Below are positions 25,760 through 38,400 of a stretch of 64,000 nucleotides of DNA, in pieces. The DNA comes from Callorhinchus milii (lineage: Eukaryota), in contig NW_024704742.1 in the NCBI RefSeq assembly GCF_018977255.1, positions 56,360,001-56,424,000 of the forward strand. The letters run 5' to 3'. The position numbers were made by a program, and so were the translations under genes. Below the pieces are notes generated by a model. The model was not told the DNA's origin, made no database searches, and saw only the letters and a program-made list of their open reading frames with translations. Position 1 is the stretch's first letter. Each line of letters begins with the position of its first letter.

Positions 25760-28220
25760 TAATTTTGTCCCAGATTATAGCCTCTAGAAGTTTCCCCACC
25801 ACCGATGATAGGCTGATTGACCTGTAGTTACCAGGTTAATCCCTCTCCCCTTTTTTAAACAGGGATGTAACATTTGTAACCGCCAGTCATCAGGCACTAC
25901 TCCCATATCCAAGGAGGATTGAAAGATTGTGGCTCTGCTATTTTCACCCTAACTATTCTCAGCAACCTAGGATGCATCCCATCTGGACCAGATGACTTTT
26001 TAAACTTTGAGCGCTGCTAACCTTTTAAGTACCTCCTTTCTATCTATTTTTTATGCTATCCAATTTCTCCTTTACTCCCTTCTCCTTTATTGTGACATTG
26101 GCAGCATCCTCTTTTGTGAAGACAGATGCAAAGTACTCAATCAGTACCTCAGCCATGCCCTCTGCTGCCAAAAGAAGCTTTCCTTCTTTCCCTAATCAGT
26201 CCCACCCTTATTTGGTCATCCTTTTACTCTTTATATGTTTATAGAAGTCTTTAGTGTCCAACAACAAAATTACATTCATAGAGTGCCTTTCATGTCGGGA
26301 GGACATCCCAAAGCTCTAAACAGTTAGGTGTTGGGGCCGAGCATGGGGGAGGGTTGGTGGAGGGGTGAGGGAAGGGAGGTGGAAGGGAGACCAAAGGCAC
26401 GGTCGAAGAGAAGGGTCTTGAGACCGGTCTTGAAGGATGTGAAGCAGGAAGCGAGGCGAAGGGACCATGGGATGGAGTTCCAGAGTGTGGGGGCAGAGAG
26501 GCTGAAAGCCCAGCCACCGTTGGTAGGGCAGCTTGGTAGGACGGAGCGATCGGGCAGGTTGGTAGGGAGTCAGAAGGTCAGAGAGGTAGGAGGGGACAAG
26601 GCCATGGATGGCCTTAAAGGTGAGGATGAGGATCTTGAACTCAATCCTCTGGGGGATGGGGAGCCAGTGGAGACGGGCGAAGCTGGGAGTGATGGGGTTG
26701 CGGAGTCTGGTGCGTGAAAGTACATGAGCTGCAGAGTTTTGGATGATCTGCAGCTTGTGAAGAGGAGAGTTGGGAAGGCCAATGAGAAGGGAGTTCCCGG
26801 AGTCAAGCCTTGAGGTGACGAATGCGTGGGTGAGGGTTTCGGCAGCCTGAGGGGTGAGGCAGTGGCAGAGTCTGGCAATGTTGTGGAGGGGGTGGTAGGC
26901 AGTGCCGGTCATGGCGCGGATGTGGGGGAGAAAGGACAGTTCAGGGTCAAACAAGACACCCAGGTTCCTTACTGGCTTAGTGAGGTTGAGGGTGCAGCCA
27001 TGGAGGCTGATGTTGCCTGTTACCCTCTAATCTTTTCTCATATGCTCTCTTTGCCCCTTTTTTCCTTTTTCACTTCTCCTCTGCACTTTCTGTATTCTGC
27101 TTGATTCTCTAGTTTATTTTGAACCTTACATTTATCATAAGCCTCCTCTTTCTGTTTCATTTTAATCCCAATTTCCTTAGTGAACTGGGGAGCTCCAGCT
27201 TTGGATGCTCTACCTTTACCCCTCTTGGGAATGTGTTTGATCTGTAATCTAATTATGTCCTCCTTGAAGGACTCCCATTGCTCATTTACCATTTTATCCA
27301 TCGATCTTTGTTTCCAGATCACCTGAACCAAATCCTTTTTCAACTCATTGAAATTAGCCCTCATTCAGTTGAGTATCTTTATCTTTGATTGTTCCTTCTC
27401 CCTTTCCACAACTAATCTAAACCTAATGATATTGAGATCACTGTTATTCAGATGCTCGCCCACTGAAACCTGCTCCACTTGCCCCAGTTCATTCCCCAGG
27501 ACTAGATCCAGCACTGCTTTCTTTCTTGTTGGGCTAGAAACACACTGATCAAGAAAGTTCTCCTATACACATTTTAGGAATTCTCCCCCCTCCGTGCCCT
27601 TTTCATTGGTTTCTTCCCAGTCTATGTTTGGATAATTGAAGTTCCTCCATTATCACTATTCTATTGTTTTTACATCTCTCTGAAATCTGCTTGCAGAGTT
27701 GCTCCTCTATCTCCTTCCCACTATTTGGTGGTCTGTAGAAAACACCCAGCAGCATAACAGCTTCTCTTCTGCTCCTCACCTCTAACCGAATAGATTCCGT
27801 CTTTGAACCCTCTAACACATCAACCATTTTCAGGGCTATAACAATATCTTTGATCAATACTGCCACCCATCCCCTCCTCTTTTACCTTCCCTATCTTTCC
27901 TGAGTACATTGTACCCAGAAATGTTAAGCTCCCATTCCTCCCTTGTTTGAGTCAGGTCTCCATTATTGCCACTACATCATAATCCCATTTGAGAACTTGT
28001 GCCTGCATCTCACCAAACTTATTTGTCATACTCCATGCATTTACAAACATGCACTCCAAAATTGCCTTTGTCTGCTTTGCATTTCTCTTCTCCTCTTTCT
28101 GGACTACTTTTTCTTCCAAAGTTAATTCTTTCTCCCAGTCCTCCATGTTACTTGTTTCGCCTCTCTGATGCAACTTCCTGGTTCCCCCAACTCTAATTAT
28201 CACATTACTTACCATAAATT
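25760..28220 (-). mobile_element. CR1 LINE, ORF2 endonuclease to early RT, split by an L2 insertion
   Basis: LECMFVNAWSMTNKFGE..YDVVAIMET, LGVFYRPPNSG, RANFNELKKDL on minus strand; PGNYRSISLSSVVGK at about 25790-25835. Confidence 0.9.
26259..27005 (-). mobile_element. L2 3' fragment nested in CR1
   Basis: ORF 26316..26954 [44 protein letters not shown]; tail at 26259. Confidence 0.95.
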
Positions 28221-28709
28221 CCACCCTTCATCTTTTCTAATAATCAGTAGTTCATTATTAATATTTGTAACTTAGACTTACAACAGGAGAAAAATGGTGT
28301 AGGTTACTTCAGGCTACTGTTAGTGTCCACGTCACAGTGCACAGAAAGTTTTAGGCATTATGGTGATAGAAAGTCTTTCTCCATTTTGATATTGCAGAAA
28401 ACACACATAGAATTCACATAGTTAGAGCCTTCCTAAACACCATTAAGGTGACACTAAGCCAAATTGCCACAGCAGAAAAAAACAATATCAGGCATGTGAG
28501 TAAGACCACTTCTTAGCCAGTGAGATTTATTACTAATGGGTAGCAACAATCACCAAGCCTGATGCCCTTTATTATTGGATTCTACTTTTTCCTGTCTGAG
28601 CTGGAACACAAATGTGCTTATTTTGACTTAAAACTGAAGGCTGTTTTTCTCACATCAGCAAGATATCTCAAAGCACTTTACAGGATTTTACTGTGATGTT
28701 TAGTGACCA

Positions 28710-29430
28710 TCTACCTTTCTTCGACAGAACCCTGTTCCTAACTACAGTTCCATCTCCAACCTCCTTTTCCTCTCCAAAGTGCTAGAACAAATCATTGTTC
28801 CCAGCTTTACTTTTTCCTCTCCCTGAACTCTTATCCTTGTCCTTCAGCCGGGATAGCATCTTGGAGCTCTTAAATCCAGCTTCCGCATTGTCTACAGTAC
28901 CGAGACTGCCCTGATCAAGGTCACAAAATTACATTCTCTGTATTGTGACCAGGGCTCTCAATGTCATCGCTCCATATCTGCCAATGATGTATCCTCGCGC
29001 TCCCACACCCACACCATCATGTTTGGCATTCCCCAGGACTGTATACTCGGTCCTCTCCTCTTTAATATCTAGATGCTTTCGCTCAGCAACGTCATCCGCA
29101 GGCATCGGGTTGATTTACACATGTATGTGGTAGATGTCCAACTCTATCTCTGTCTCCAGCTCGATTCCAGGACCACTGACTGATTGCATGTCAGACATCA
29201 AGTCCAGGATGAATTTTCTCCAGTTGAATCTCTCCTGCTTGGTTCCCATTAGGGTGTCCTCACCTCAGGTGCTGATAGCATTAGTCTATGTAAATGCACA
29301 CTCCACCTCACTGAGCCAGTGCAGAACCTTGGTGTTTTAGCTTGACTTTCAACTGTTCTTTAATTTCCACATGGTGCCATGATCCATTCTGCTTTTACCC
29401 CACCTGCTCAACATTGCATGCATCTATCAC
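28710..29430 (+). mobile_element. Old degenerate L2 RT fragment
   Basis: SNLLFLSKVLEQ, YSTETALIKVT remnants. Confidence 0.7.
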
Positions 29431-30154
29431 GACCTCCATGAAACACCAACTAAATCATTGGATGTTTAGTGAACACAATTGGTTGCCAAGAAAATCCTTG
29501 AATTAAATGTAAGTGAATTCTAGATAAAATTTTAATGAGTGAAAAACAAGGAAACATAATTTTAGCAATACAGTCTGTTTGTTCTGGAGAAGGAAGCAGC
29601 ACTGCAGGCAAGAATACACAAAGGAACACAGGCAGACATGTGTTCAAATCTCTCTGGGGAAACTTTCTATGTTGTTCAGTGTTTACAAAATACAAAAAAT
29701 AATATTTTTTTATCAAAGGCAAGGTTGCATTTGATTTATTTGATGAGCAGGCAAATTTAATATTAAAGAGAGTTTCAGAAGTGAATTGGGACTTGTCAGC
29801 TAGCAAAGAAATGGTAAGACTTATGATGTGACTGGTGTGCAGGATATGGGCTCTCCTGGATAATCAGGTAAATTACACTTGTTAAAGAAGGTTGTCACTG
29901 AAATAGATGTAACACAATACAATTTATGATGCAATTTACATTTCTATTGGCCTTTCATGTCAGGAGGATATTTCAAAGTGCTGACAGTAATGGATGTGCA
30001 ATCGACCTGGGGTGTGTAGGTAGAGGAGCTGAGTGGTGTTGGATGCAGGAGCTGATGGAATAAGGTCTAAATTGTAATTGATACTAAATTGTGATGTGTT
30101 GGTAACAGTAGCGTAGAGTACAAGAAGCCACAGGAAGATATTGAGAAGTTAGCA

Positions 30155-30330
30155 AAGTAGTTCCCAATTGCGGGCTGTGGACCACGGGGGCTGGAAGATG
30201 GTTTTGGGGCCATGTAGTGCTGTTGAAAAAACAATTACTCAATTTCTATGGATTTATTATGTGGGAGGTCCTCAATCAGTATGCCCAATGTCATAGGGAG
30301 CTTTCAGCCCAGAAAATTTGGGAACCCCTG
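30155..30330. mobile_element. hAT-Charlie-type MITE (176 bp) inserted in a CR1 RT remnant
   Basis: Termini AAGTAGTTCCCAA / TTGGGAACCCCTG; flanks AGTTAGCA (30147-30154) and GGTTAGCA (30331-30338); removing it rejoins QEDIEKLA-EWADL. Confidence 0.85.
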
Positions 30331-31282
30331 GGTTAGCAGAGTGGGCAGATTTGTGAAAAATCTGAAATAGTGCATTTAGGGAGAAATGCAAATGCCTCAT
30401 GAAGATCTTCCTCTTTGACCATGCCTGTCGTCATCTCCCTCATCTGTCAGCTCAGGATCAAACTCTGCCACTGTTAAATGCTCCAAGACACTATCCCGAG
30501 TGAAAGGTACTATGTAAATGCAAGTTGCTGTTGCTGTTATTATGATTATGGACTGTTTACTGGAACTAGCCATCATACTGAAGCTGTTGTCAATATGGCT
30601 GGGAAATTGAGGGTTCATTTTTAAGAGAAAAATTATATCAACCCTAAGGTTAGGCTTGCTCAGTTTGGAAGATAAAAGGGACTGAAAGGATTGCTCTTAA
30701 AAGAGCCAGAACAGGCACAATGTTCCAGGCACATAATGGCCTTCTTATGTGCTGTAAATATCTATGGTTTACTCTCACCACCAAATCTGAAAGTTGAGGA
30801 TTCAACCCCTACATCGGGACTTGGAACTCACAGTGTAGACTCACACCAAGGAGAGTGTGGCCAAGGGGAGTGGGATTTCATCCAATTTGATTTGGGGATT
30901 GTTGGCTAGAACATCAAGAGAAATTTCCCTTTCTTTTTGAAGAGTGCCATGGATCTTTAACGTTTACCTGAACAGGCAGACAGGACCTTAAGTTAATGTC
31001 TCATCCCATGCTTTATCACAATAGTTGATCAACAGAAGACACTTATTGCATAAGACAGTCCAAAGATTGTGGTCAAATGGGAAGGAACAACAATCTCTCA
31101 GTGCAGCAGAAAATAAATTACCCATCACTTTCCATTTCTTGCAAAGGTGGGAAGAAGGTAGCTCTGTATTTCCATCACATCTGTGACATCTGAAAGAAGC
31201 ATCCAATTGCCAGGCACAGGCTACGATCAAGGTTCATTGAATTGTTGGAAAATGTCGACCTTAAATAGTTACCTTAAAGCAA

Positions 31283-32282
31283 TAAATATGACAACAAATG
31301 GTAACATTTATTAGCACAAATTGTACATTGTATCTAGATCAAAAGAAAGGCACACTGTAAATTCCTTCCTAAAGCCTTTGAATGACGTGAATAAAGTAAT
31401 AATACCTAAAATTGTGAATTAACTTTTTTCTTAAATTTTGTAGTTTTGTTCTTGAGTGGTTAACCAATCAAAGTACTTGCTAACTATATTTGACTATGGT
31501 CTTAAAATGACAAACAAATTTAATATGAAGGTAATAGGAAACACATTAAATGCTTCCGTACATAAACAAAAAATGTATGTGATAACAATCAGCAGTGAGC
31601 TGTTGCTGTTGCTTTGGAAGTACAGATGTCTGTATCCTTGTCCCTGTCCCTGGTCGTGTTTATGTCCCTTTCCACGTCTGAGTCCCTGTCCGGCTCATGT
31701 CAGTGTTCATGTCCATGTCTCTGTCCCAATTGTCCCAATCTGTGCCCTAGCCCATGTTCATGTCCATGTCTGTGTCTGTCTCTATTTCTGTCTCTGTCTC
31801 TGTGTCTTACCTCTGTCGCTATTCCTATCCATTTCCTTCTCCATGTCTCGGTCTCTTTCTCTGTTCCTATTGGTTGTGTGTGTCTTTTGGATGTCATGTG
31901 TGGTACAATGTTTATTCAAGGACTACATGGCCCAGATTCTTCTGTGAAGAGAAGGGTTAGGTTATGCTACAGTGAGTATGTGAAAGATGGCAATATCATT
32001 CATGTGTATGTATAGCAATAGGGTTTAATTTCTAGTGTTTACTTAATAAAGAATCTCAATAGAATTCCCAATCAACACCCAGGAACTCTGCTCCAGAAGT
32101 TGATTCCATCAGAGTAAAATTCCTGTAGGTTGGTATTAAATACTTTCAGTTAGTTTTGCCTGCAAAAAATTGCCAACTTTTGCCTGTAAGTTCCTGGGAG
32201 GAATTTACAATGTGCCTTTCTTTTGATCTCGATACAATGTGCAATTTGTGTTAATAAATGTTACCATTTGTTGTTACATTTA
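31283..32282. repeat. 87-bp inverted repeat pair (31283-31369 / 32196-32282) enclosing 826 bp
   Basis: Manual alignment, 7 mismatches in 87, no gaps. Confidence 0.9.
31620..31890. repeat. Low-complexity (TGTCCN)-like degenerate hexamer repeat
   Basis: Runs of TGTCCC/TGTCCA/TGTCTC. Confidence 0.8.
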
Positions 32283-32539
32283 CGGTATATCTGTACTTTG
32301 AAACATTTTAGAATTCTCCCGACGTGAAAGACGTTATATCAAATGCAAGGATTGTTATTATATTATTACTGCAAGAAGTCCCTATTTGTGGGACTTAGAT
32401 TCCTTTTTATTCAATTGAGGGTTGAATGGCTTTGATTGCTGTAAATTCCGATTTTTCTGCATGCTTGATACTGGTTCTGTCACTCCCAATATTCTACAGG
32501 TAAAAAACCTTTTCACTTTAGGTCATTGTGACAGCAGCA

Positions 32540-32670
32540 ATGCTGTCGTCCATCATCAGTACCCTTGCATGCTTGCTGATTGATTGTTGACCTTTGCTCA
32601 GGTTTCCTCTTTAAATTGTGGAATCTATTCTTGACATCTTGACAGATTTGATTGGTGATCGGTGGTGGAC
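32540..32670 (-). pseudogene. Possible decayed Harbinger-type Myb/SANT DNA-binding domain fragment
   Basis: QICQDVKNRFHNLKRKPEQRSTINQQACKGTDDG resembles the recalled pattern QxKxRWxDLKR-x(n)-TGGG. Confidence 0.35.
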
Positions 32671-32890
32671 AGTGAGATTGATCACTAAATATACCAGTCT
32701 TTTTGTAGTGATGGAATTTGACATTGAAGATCCTTATGTCTAACAATAATTGTATGATAGACCTCAGTGTTGACCTGGCTTGTGATCTGCTCTCTCTAGC
32801 TTTCTGCCTGCGTGCGGTGAGGAAGGAAGTCTAAACTGTATATCAGAAATCAGCACCTCTTCTATAATAAAATGAACTTCTATATTTGGG

Positions 32891-32965
32891 ACAAAAACAG
32901 AAGTTGCTGGGAACACTCAGCAGGTCAGGCAGCATCTATGGAGAAAGGATAGTGAGTCAACATTC
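32891..32965 (-). mobile_element. Penelope-type terminal repeat fragment
   Basis: Reverse complement of 43922-43996 (CTCAGCAGGTCAGGCAGCATCTATGG block). Confidence 0.65.
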
Positions 32966-33025
32966 TGTGACTGTGAGCCAACTGTCTTCTGTATTTGGGA
33001 AACGCTAATTTCTGGTACACTTTAT

Positions 33026-33410
33026 AATAATAATAATCATTATATTTTGTATAATGCCTATGTCAGGTGGACTCAAAGTGCTTCACACGTAAAGAATGTG
33101 TTTAGTGGGTGAACACGGCAGTCAATTTGAACATAAATATGCCACACAAGCAGCCTTGAAATGAATGATCTATTGTATTGGAAGATCGTTTGCCATGATA
33201 CTGGGAGAAACTCCCTTCTCTTTTAGAATAGTGCAATGGGATAGTTAATTCCATCTGAATAGGGCAGATGTCTGATCTGAAGAATGGCAGCTGCACTAAA
33301 GCAGCACTGCACTGTGTTGGAGAGTCAGCAAGACTATATGAGTTTCAAGTCCCAACATGAGGCTTGAACCTACAACCTTTTGACTCAGAAGCAAGGATGC
33401 TACCAACTAC
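33026..33410 (-). mobile_element. Deu-domain SINE family B
   Basis: GAACCTACAACCTTTTGACTCAGAAGCAAGGATGCTACCAACT head complement; GAATAGTGCAATGGGAT Deu block. Confidence 0.75.
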
Positions 33411-33765
33411 ACTAGGAATCAAGAGTAGAAAATATAAGTTGCTACATTAGCTTTTGAAGTTGAATTAGACAAATATCCAAAAAAGAAGAAATATAAAATG
33501 GTATGGGAAAATGCAGGTGAATGGGATTAAATAGTTCTTTCAGAAAGTAAGCACAAACATCAGGGGCCAAATGGCCACTCTCTGCACTGAAAACATTCTA
33601 TAGTTGTACACTGTTAATTGTAGAGGGGTACACTCAAAGGGTCAACAAAATAAAATTACAAACTTTGATCTTCTGCAAGAGAAACAGGATAAATGAAACA
33701 ATGAAAAAGCTATGAATTCCTAGACATTTATCAATAATTACAGCCTCTTTGAATTTTAATTTGAG

Positions 33766-34330
33766 AGTTAGCCAGGTGTCTGACATATGGGAAACCCCAT
33801 CACCATGCCTAAGAGTATCCAAATCAAAGAGAGAGTTCCATACATGTATGCCACCTCCACATGGTAATTTCCCTGCGTCTGGAATGGAATATGCACTTTC
33901 TCCCTGGAGGAAAGCACTTTGCTTACATAATTCCAGAGAGGATTATGTGATGGTTGACAAAAGCCAAGGCTTGAGGACCCCAGAGTGTGTATTGTGGTAA
34001 ACACATATAGATTGTCATTGAGAGAACTGACTGGCAAGTCTCCCATTGCGTATCCATCTACAATCATCTCAAGTTAGGGCATTGGCTTGTTGGTTTAATG
34101 GGATCTTAGTGGGAAGTATTGCTGCCTCCAATGACCAGTCTGCCCCTCCAAGTCATTGATGAACCAGGAGGCTGGTCTATCATCAAATGTGCCCTGGAGT
34201 TTTGCAGGTCTGCCTGGCTCAGGAATCGGATTACAAAGACAACAACAGAGGATTGACCTGATTTCGACATTCTGTTCCCAAGTACGTCACCTCAGAGCCA
34301 GATCATCTCCAAGGTGACCCAGCTTACTTT
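33766..34330 (+). repeat. Unassigned dispersed repeat family X, long copy 5
   Basis: Starts AGTTAGCCAGGTGTCTGACA; colinear with 9715-10420. Confidence 0.8.
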
Positions 34331-34586
34331 CTATTCAGTATACACTGTTGTTGCTCACTCATGTATAACATGTATAATTTCATTACCATAATTTTCATTC
34401 TAAATGGATGTTTAACCAGCTTGAAACTGGAATTGCATTTGGGTTTCCTGCACACAGTATTGATTGAATAAAGATTTTTTAGGGGAATTTTTTTTTATGT
34501 TTCTGTCATCTATAAAAGACTTTTCATGTTCATAGGAGTAACTTTATGATAAAAACATAGCTTTGTGTTTAAAAAAGCTTATTTTT

Positions 34587-35410
34587 TGATTGGCTCGCGC
34601 CAGCACCTCCGCTCCTCAGGCACTGGCAGCATCAGCCGCCACAGCTGCACACTCAACCTCACTAAGCCAGTCAGGAACCTGGGTGTCTTGTTTGACCCTG
34701 AACTGTCCTTTCTCCCCCACATCCATGCCATGATCGGCACTGTCTACCACCACCTCCGCAACATTGCCAGACTCCGCCATTGCGTCACCCCTCAGGCTGC
34801 CGAAACCCTCACCCACGCGGTAGTCACATCAAGGCTCGATTACGGGAACTTCCACCTCATCGGCCTTCCCAAGTCTTCCCTTCACAAGCTGCAGATCATC
34901 CAAAACTCTGCAGCTCGTGTACTCTCACCGACAGGCTCCATGACCCCATCACTCCCTCCCTCACCCGACTCTACTGGCACCCCATCCCCCAGAGGATCAA
35001 GTTCAAGATCCTCATCCTCACCTTTAAGGGCCTTGCCCCCTCCTACCTCTCTGACCTGCTGACTCCCTACCAACCTACCTGCTCCCTCCGTACAGCGGGC
35101 TCAGGGCTGTTCCATGTCTCCTGCTCTCCCCACCCTACCATTGGTGGCCGAACTTTCAGTCTCTCTGCCCCCACCCTCTGGAACTCCATCCCACGGTCCC
35201 TCTGCCTCGCTTCCTCCCTTCCCTCCTTCAAGGCCGGTCTCAAGACCCTTCTCTTCGACTGTGCCTTTGGTCTTCATCCCACCTCTCTGCCTTCCCTCAC
35301 CCCTCCACCACCCCTCCCCCATGCTAGGGCCCCGACATCTGACTGTTCAGCGCTTTGGGACATTCTCCCAATGTGAAAGGCACTCTATAAATGTAATTTT
35401 GTTGTTGTTA
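34587..35410 (+). mobile_element. L2 3' fragment with tail
   Basis: [36 protein letters not shown]; hairpin and TTGTTG tail. Confidence 0.95.
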
Positions 35411-38400
35411 TTCATCCATATTCAAATTTCTGAGCTGAATGCATGTGCATCTCACATATTTGAAGATCCTCTTGGCAATTATACATACTGGAAACTAAGC
35501 TAACCATATTGTTAGTGTGCCTCTAAACTAATTAATAAATTATATGTAATGGTGACTTTTAAAACAAAATTGTAATGAGAAATGCAACTCACAACACTAT
35601 ATGAAAAAATAAAGTTTTCTATGCACTTTGAAAGTAATGCAAATATCTTAATAATAATCATAATGATCTACACAGTTTAAAGTGAATATTAGATTTATCT
35701 TAACCATATCACATTGCAATACTATTCTCATCAAAAGAAATGTATTTTGCATAAGTTATTAATTTTAATATTGCTGCATTTTTCATTGAATTAACAATTG
35801 GAAGAAATTAAATTTCTGAATGTCATTTAGTGGTAGGCTTTGAAGGCATCAAACTTATTTAAAAAGTCATCATTTCTAAGATGTAAGAATCACTGATTCT
35901 TATCCTATGCTTCTAAAGGCTAGAAATGTTAGACGTATCCTAATTTGTACCTATTAATGGAGTTTTATCAACCTAAAAATTCACTGTGAATAGATCTCTA
36001 CAGCAAGCCTCATTTATGCACTTAACTGGTACTGATCCGCCATATTTAATGGTAAGTTCTGGCACCAAGCAAAAACTTGGTGATTTACTAAAATCCCTTT
36101 TCCTGGTAGAAGGTCAAAGTAATGTAGAAGGCAATGTCAAGCAAAGTGTTTCTCATCCAGTAAATTCAACACATAGAAAATTATACTGCAGTGTAAAATA
36201 TAAGACAGTGCCAAGTGAAATTGCTTTTATCGAATGGCGGGGCAGGCTCGAGGGGCCAAATGGCCTACTCCTGCTCCTAATTCTTATGTTCTTATGAAAT
36301 GATTTCGTCAAAATTGAAAAAATTCTGTAGGTTTATTTATTTAAAAGCAATGTACAATACTCTGGTAACATTGGGCCACCCTTCTGTGTACCTGGATTTT
36401 TAGTCAATAACTGGTATGAACTCAAAGTAAAGCATAAGGTTTGGGAGCAATCTCTATGGGGTATTGGACAGAGTTCCAGTTTACAACAAGGAGCTTGCTG
36501 GTTTGAATCCTTGTCTGTGCTGGGTTTGCTGATTTCAGCCAGGGCTGTGTGGAGACATTAATTTAGTCCCAGTCTTCCCAGATTCAGGGAGGAAAAAACA
36601 AGCCAAAACTACTCCTAGTCCCTCTACAGCAAACTCTACTGGTTGTGTGTGTGATTGTCAATTGAGTGGAGCATAGGCTTGACGCAATCTAGTTAAGACC
36701 TGCAGATAATGACAAACAATTCACACATGAACGATGATCACTTGGGCAGGGTATCAGAGGGCAATCAATGCCTGTGAACCATTCTCCAGCAAGTAAAGAC
36801 CAAAGCAGAAGCAGAAAGGCATTTGAGAGATAAACTAGAAAAATAATTTGCACACTTTTATAAAAAAATTGTGAAGGTCGGTGACAAATAAACTCATCAG
36901 TCATCAAACTGATGTGGCTTCAGACTGTAGAGTACTATGAGGAAAAATACTTCTTTAAGGTTATAACATTTTATTATAGTGTTTAATATATGCAAGTTGT
37001 TAAGTCCAACCATAACTATGAAAAGGTTAAGGATATGCATTGCGCCAATTTTGAATTTTTCAAAGAATAGTGGAAAATTGGGGATGGATAATAATAATAA
37101 GAATAAGAATAATTAATAATAATAATCCTGCATTTAATATAGTGCCTTTTTTGACAGCAATAGTTTTCACAGAGCTTTACAGGACATAGGGCTTGAGACG
37201 TCCTCCTGTTGTGAAAGGCGCTATACAAATGTAATCTTGTTGTTGTTGTATACTAGAAAGTGTAGTTATGTCTTCTGTAGGCGAATCCAGCAGCCAATTT
37301 GCAAATATTAATGTCCCCCAAAATAATAATCAATTAAGTAACCAATTTTATTTGTTGGCAAGGATACCGGGAGAAACTCCTTTCTCTTTTCGGATAGGGC
37401 TATGCAATCTTTTAACGTTCAGCAAACAAGCTGTCTATTTTAACATCTTATCCAAAGAATGGATGTTGTCAAAACTCTCAATGTCATTCCACAAGGCTAT
37501 CACCATCGTGCTATACAACATCACCAACTATTTTGTTTTTCTCCTGCCTGTATTTAGCCTCAGTCCTCTCATGAGTAAAGTTCAGCAGGAAGGAGGTGCG
37601 AAGGTGATTAGGAGGTGCCCGGGTGGGGTTCAGTCCTGCAGTTCACAGCTTTGTAAAATCTCAGTATTATTAGGTTTAAATTCATAGTGTGTTCATCAGT
37701 CTACCACTATAGTGAGGAGATAATTTTGCCTGAAAGAAAAATCCATTTGAAACAGAATTGCCTTGAGGCTTCAAAGCAGGAATTGATTATTACAATCCCT
37801 GAAGATGGAGATTATACATTATCTTCTTAGATATGTGTCTTATACTTTATCTTCTTAAGTTCTGCAAGTTGTTTCATATCACATTTCTCAGCTGATATTT
37901 GATATTCACAGTCCAGGTGATTTCATTAAAAAATATATCGGCATTGCTGAACCTTTATGAAATACACTCTGCATTAATATTTTAGTTTAAAAAATTAAAC
38001 CCTTGTATGGTCTTTTGTCAGAATGTGAAAGTAAACTTTAAAAAACTGCAAAATAAACTTTTGTATCAATAAACAATATTGATTTTCAATCTGCAGTATC
38101 CAAATCACAAAATTATTTTACTTAACTGACGTGGTGATTATTGTGGTAAGACATTTTCCGCTGTTCAATTTCCTACATGCTGCCTGATACACTTAACTAC
38201 CTTCATAGAATCATACAAATTTACAGCACAGAAGGAGCCCATTCAGCCCATCAAGTCTGCACCAGGTCTCAGAACAAGATGTTCATTCAATCCCACTGCC
38301 CTACATTTTCCCCATTCATCTTCAAATCTCTATATTTCATGCACCTCTTTATTTCCCAGAATTTGAAACCCAGAATAATCTCTGCCCCTGCCATCTACCT

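Noticed and set aside
31456..32015. Cys/Ser/Pro-rich ORFs of 163 and 133 aa
   Set aside because: Produced by the TGTCCN low-complexity tract; open in several frames, no domain
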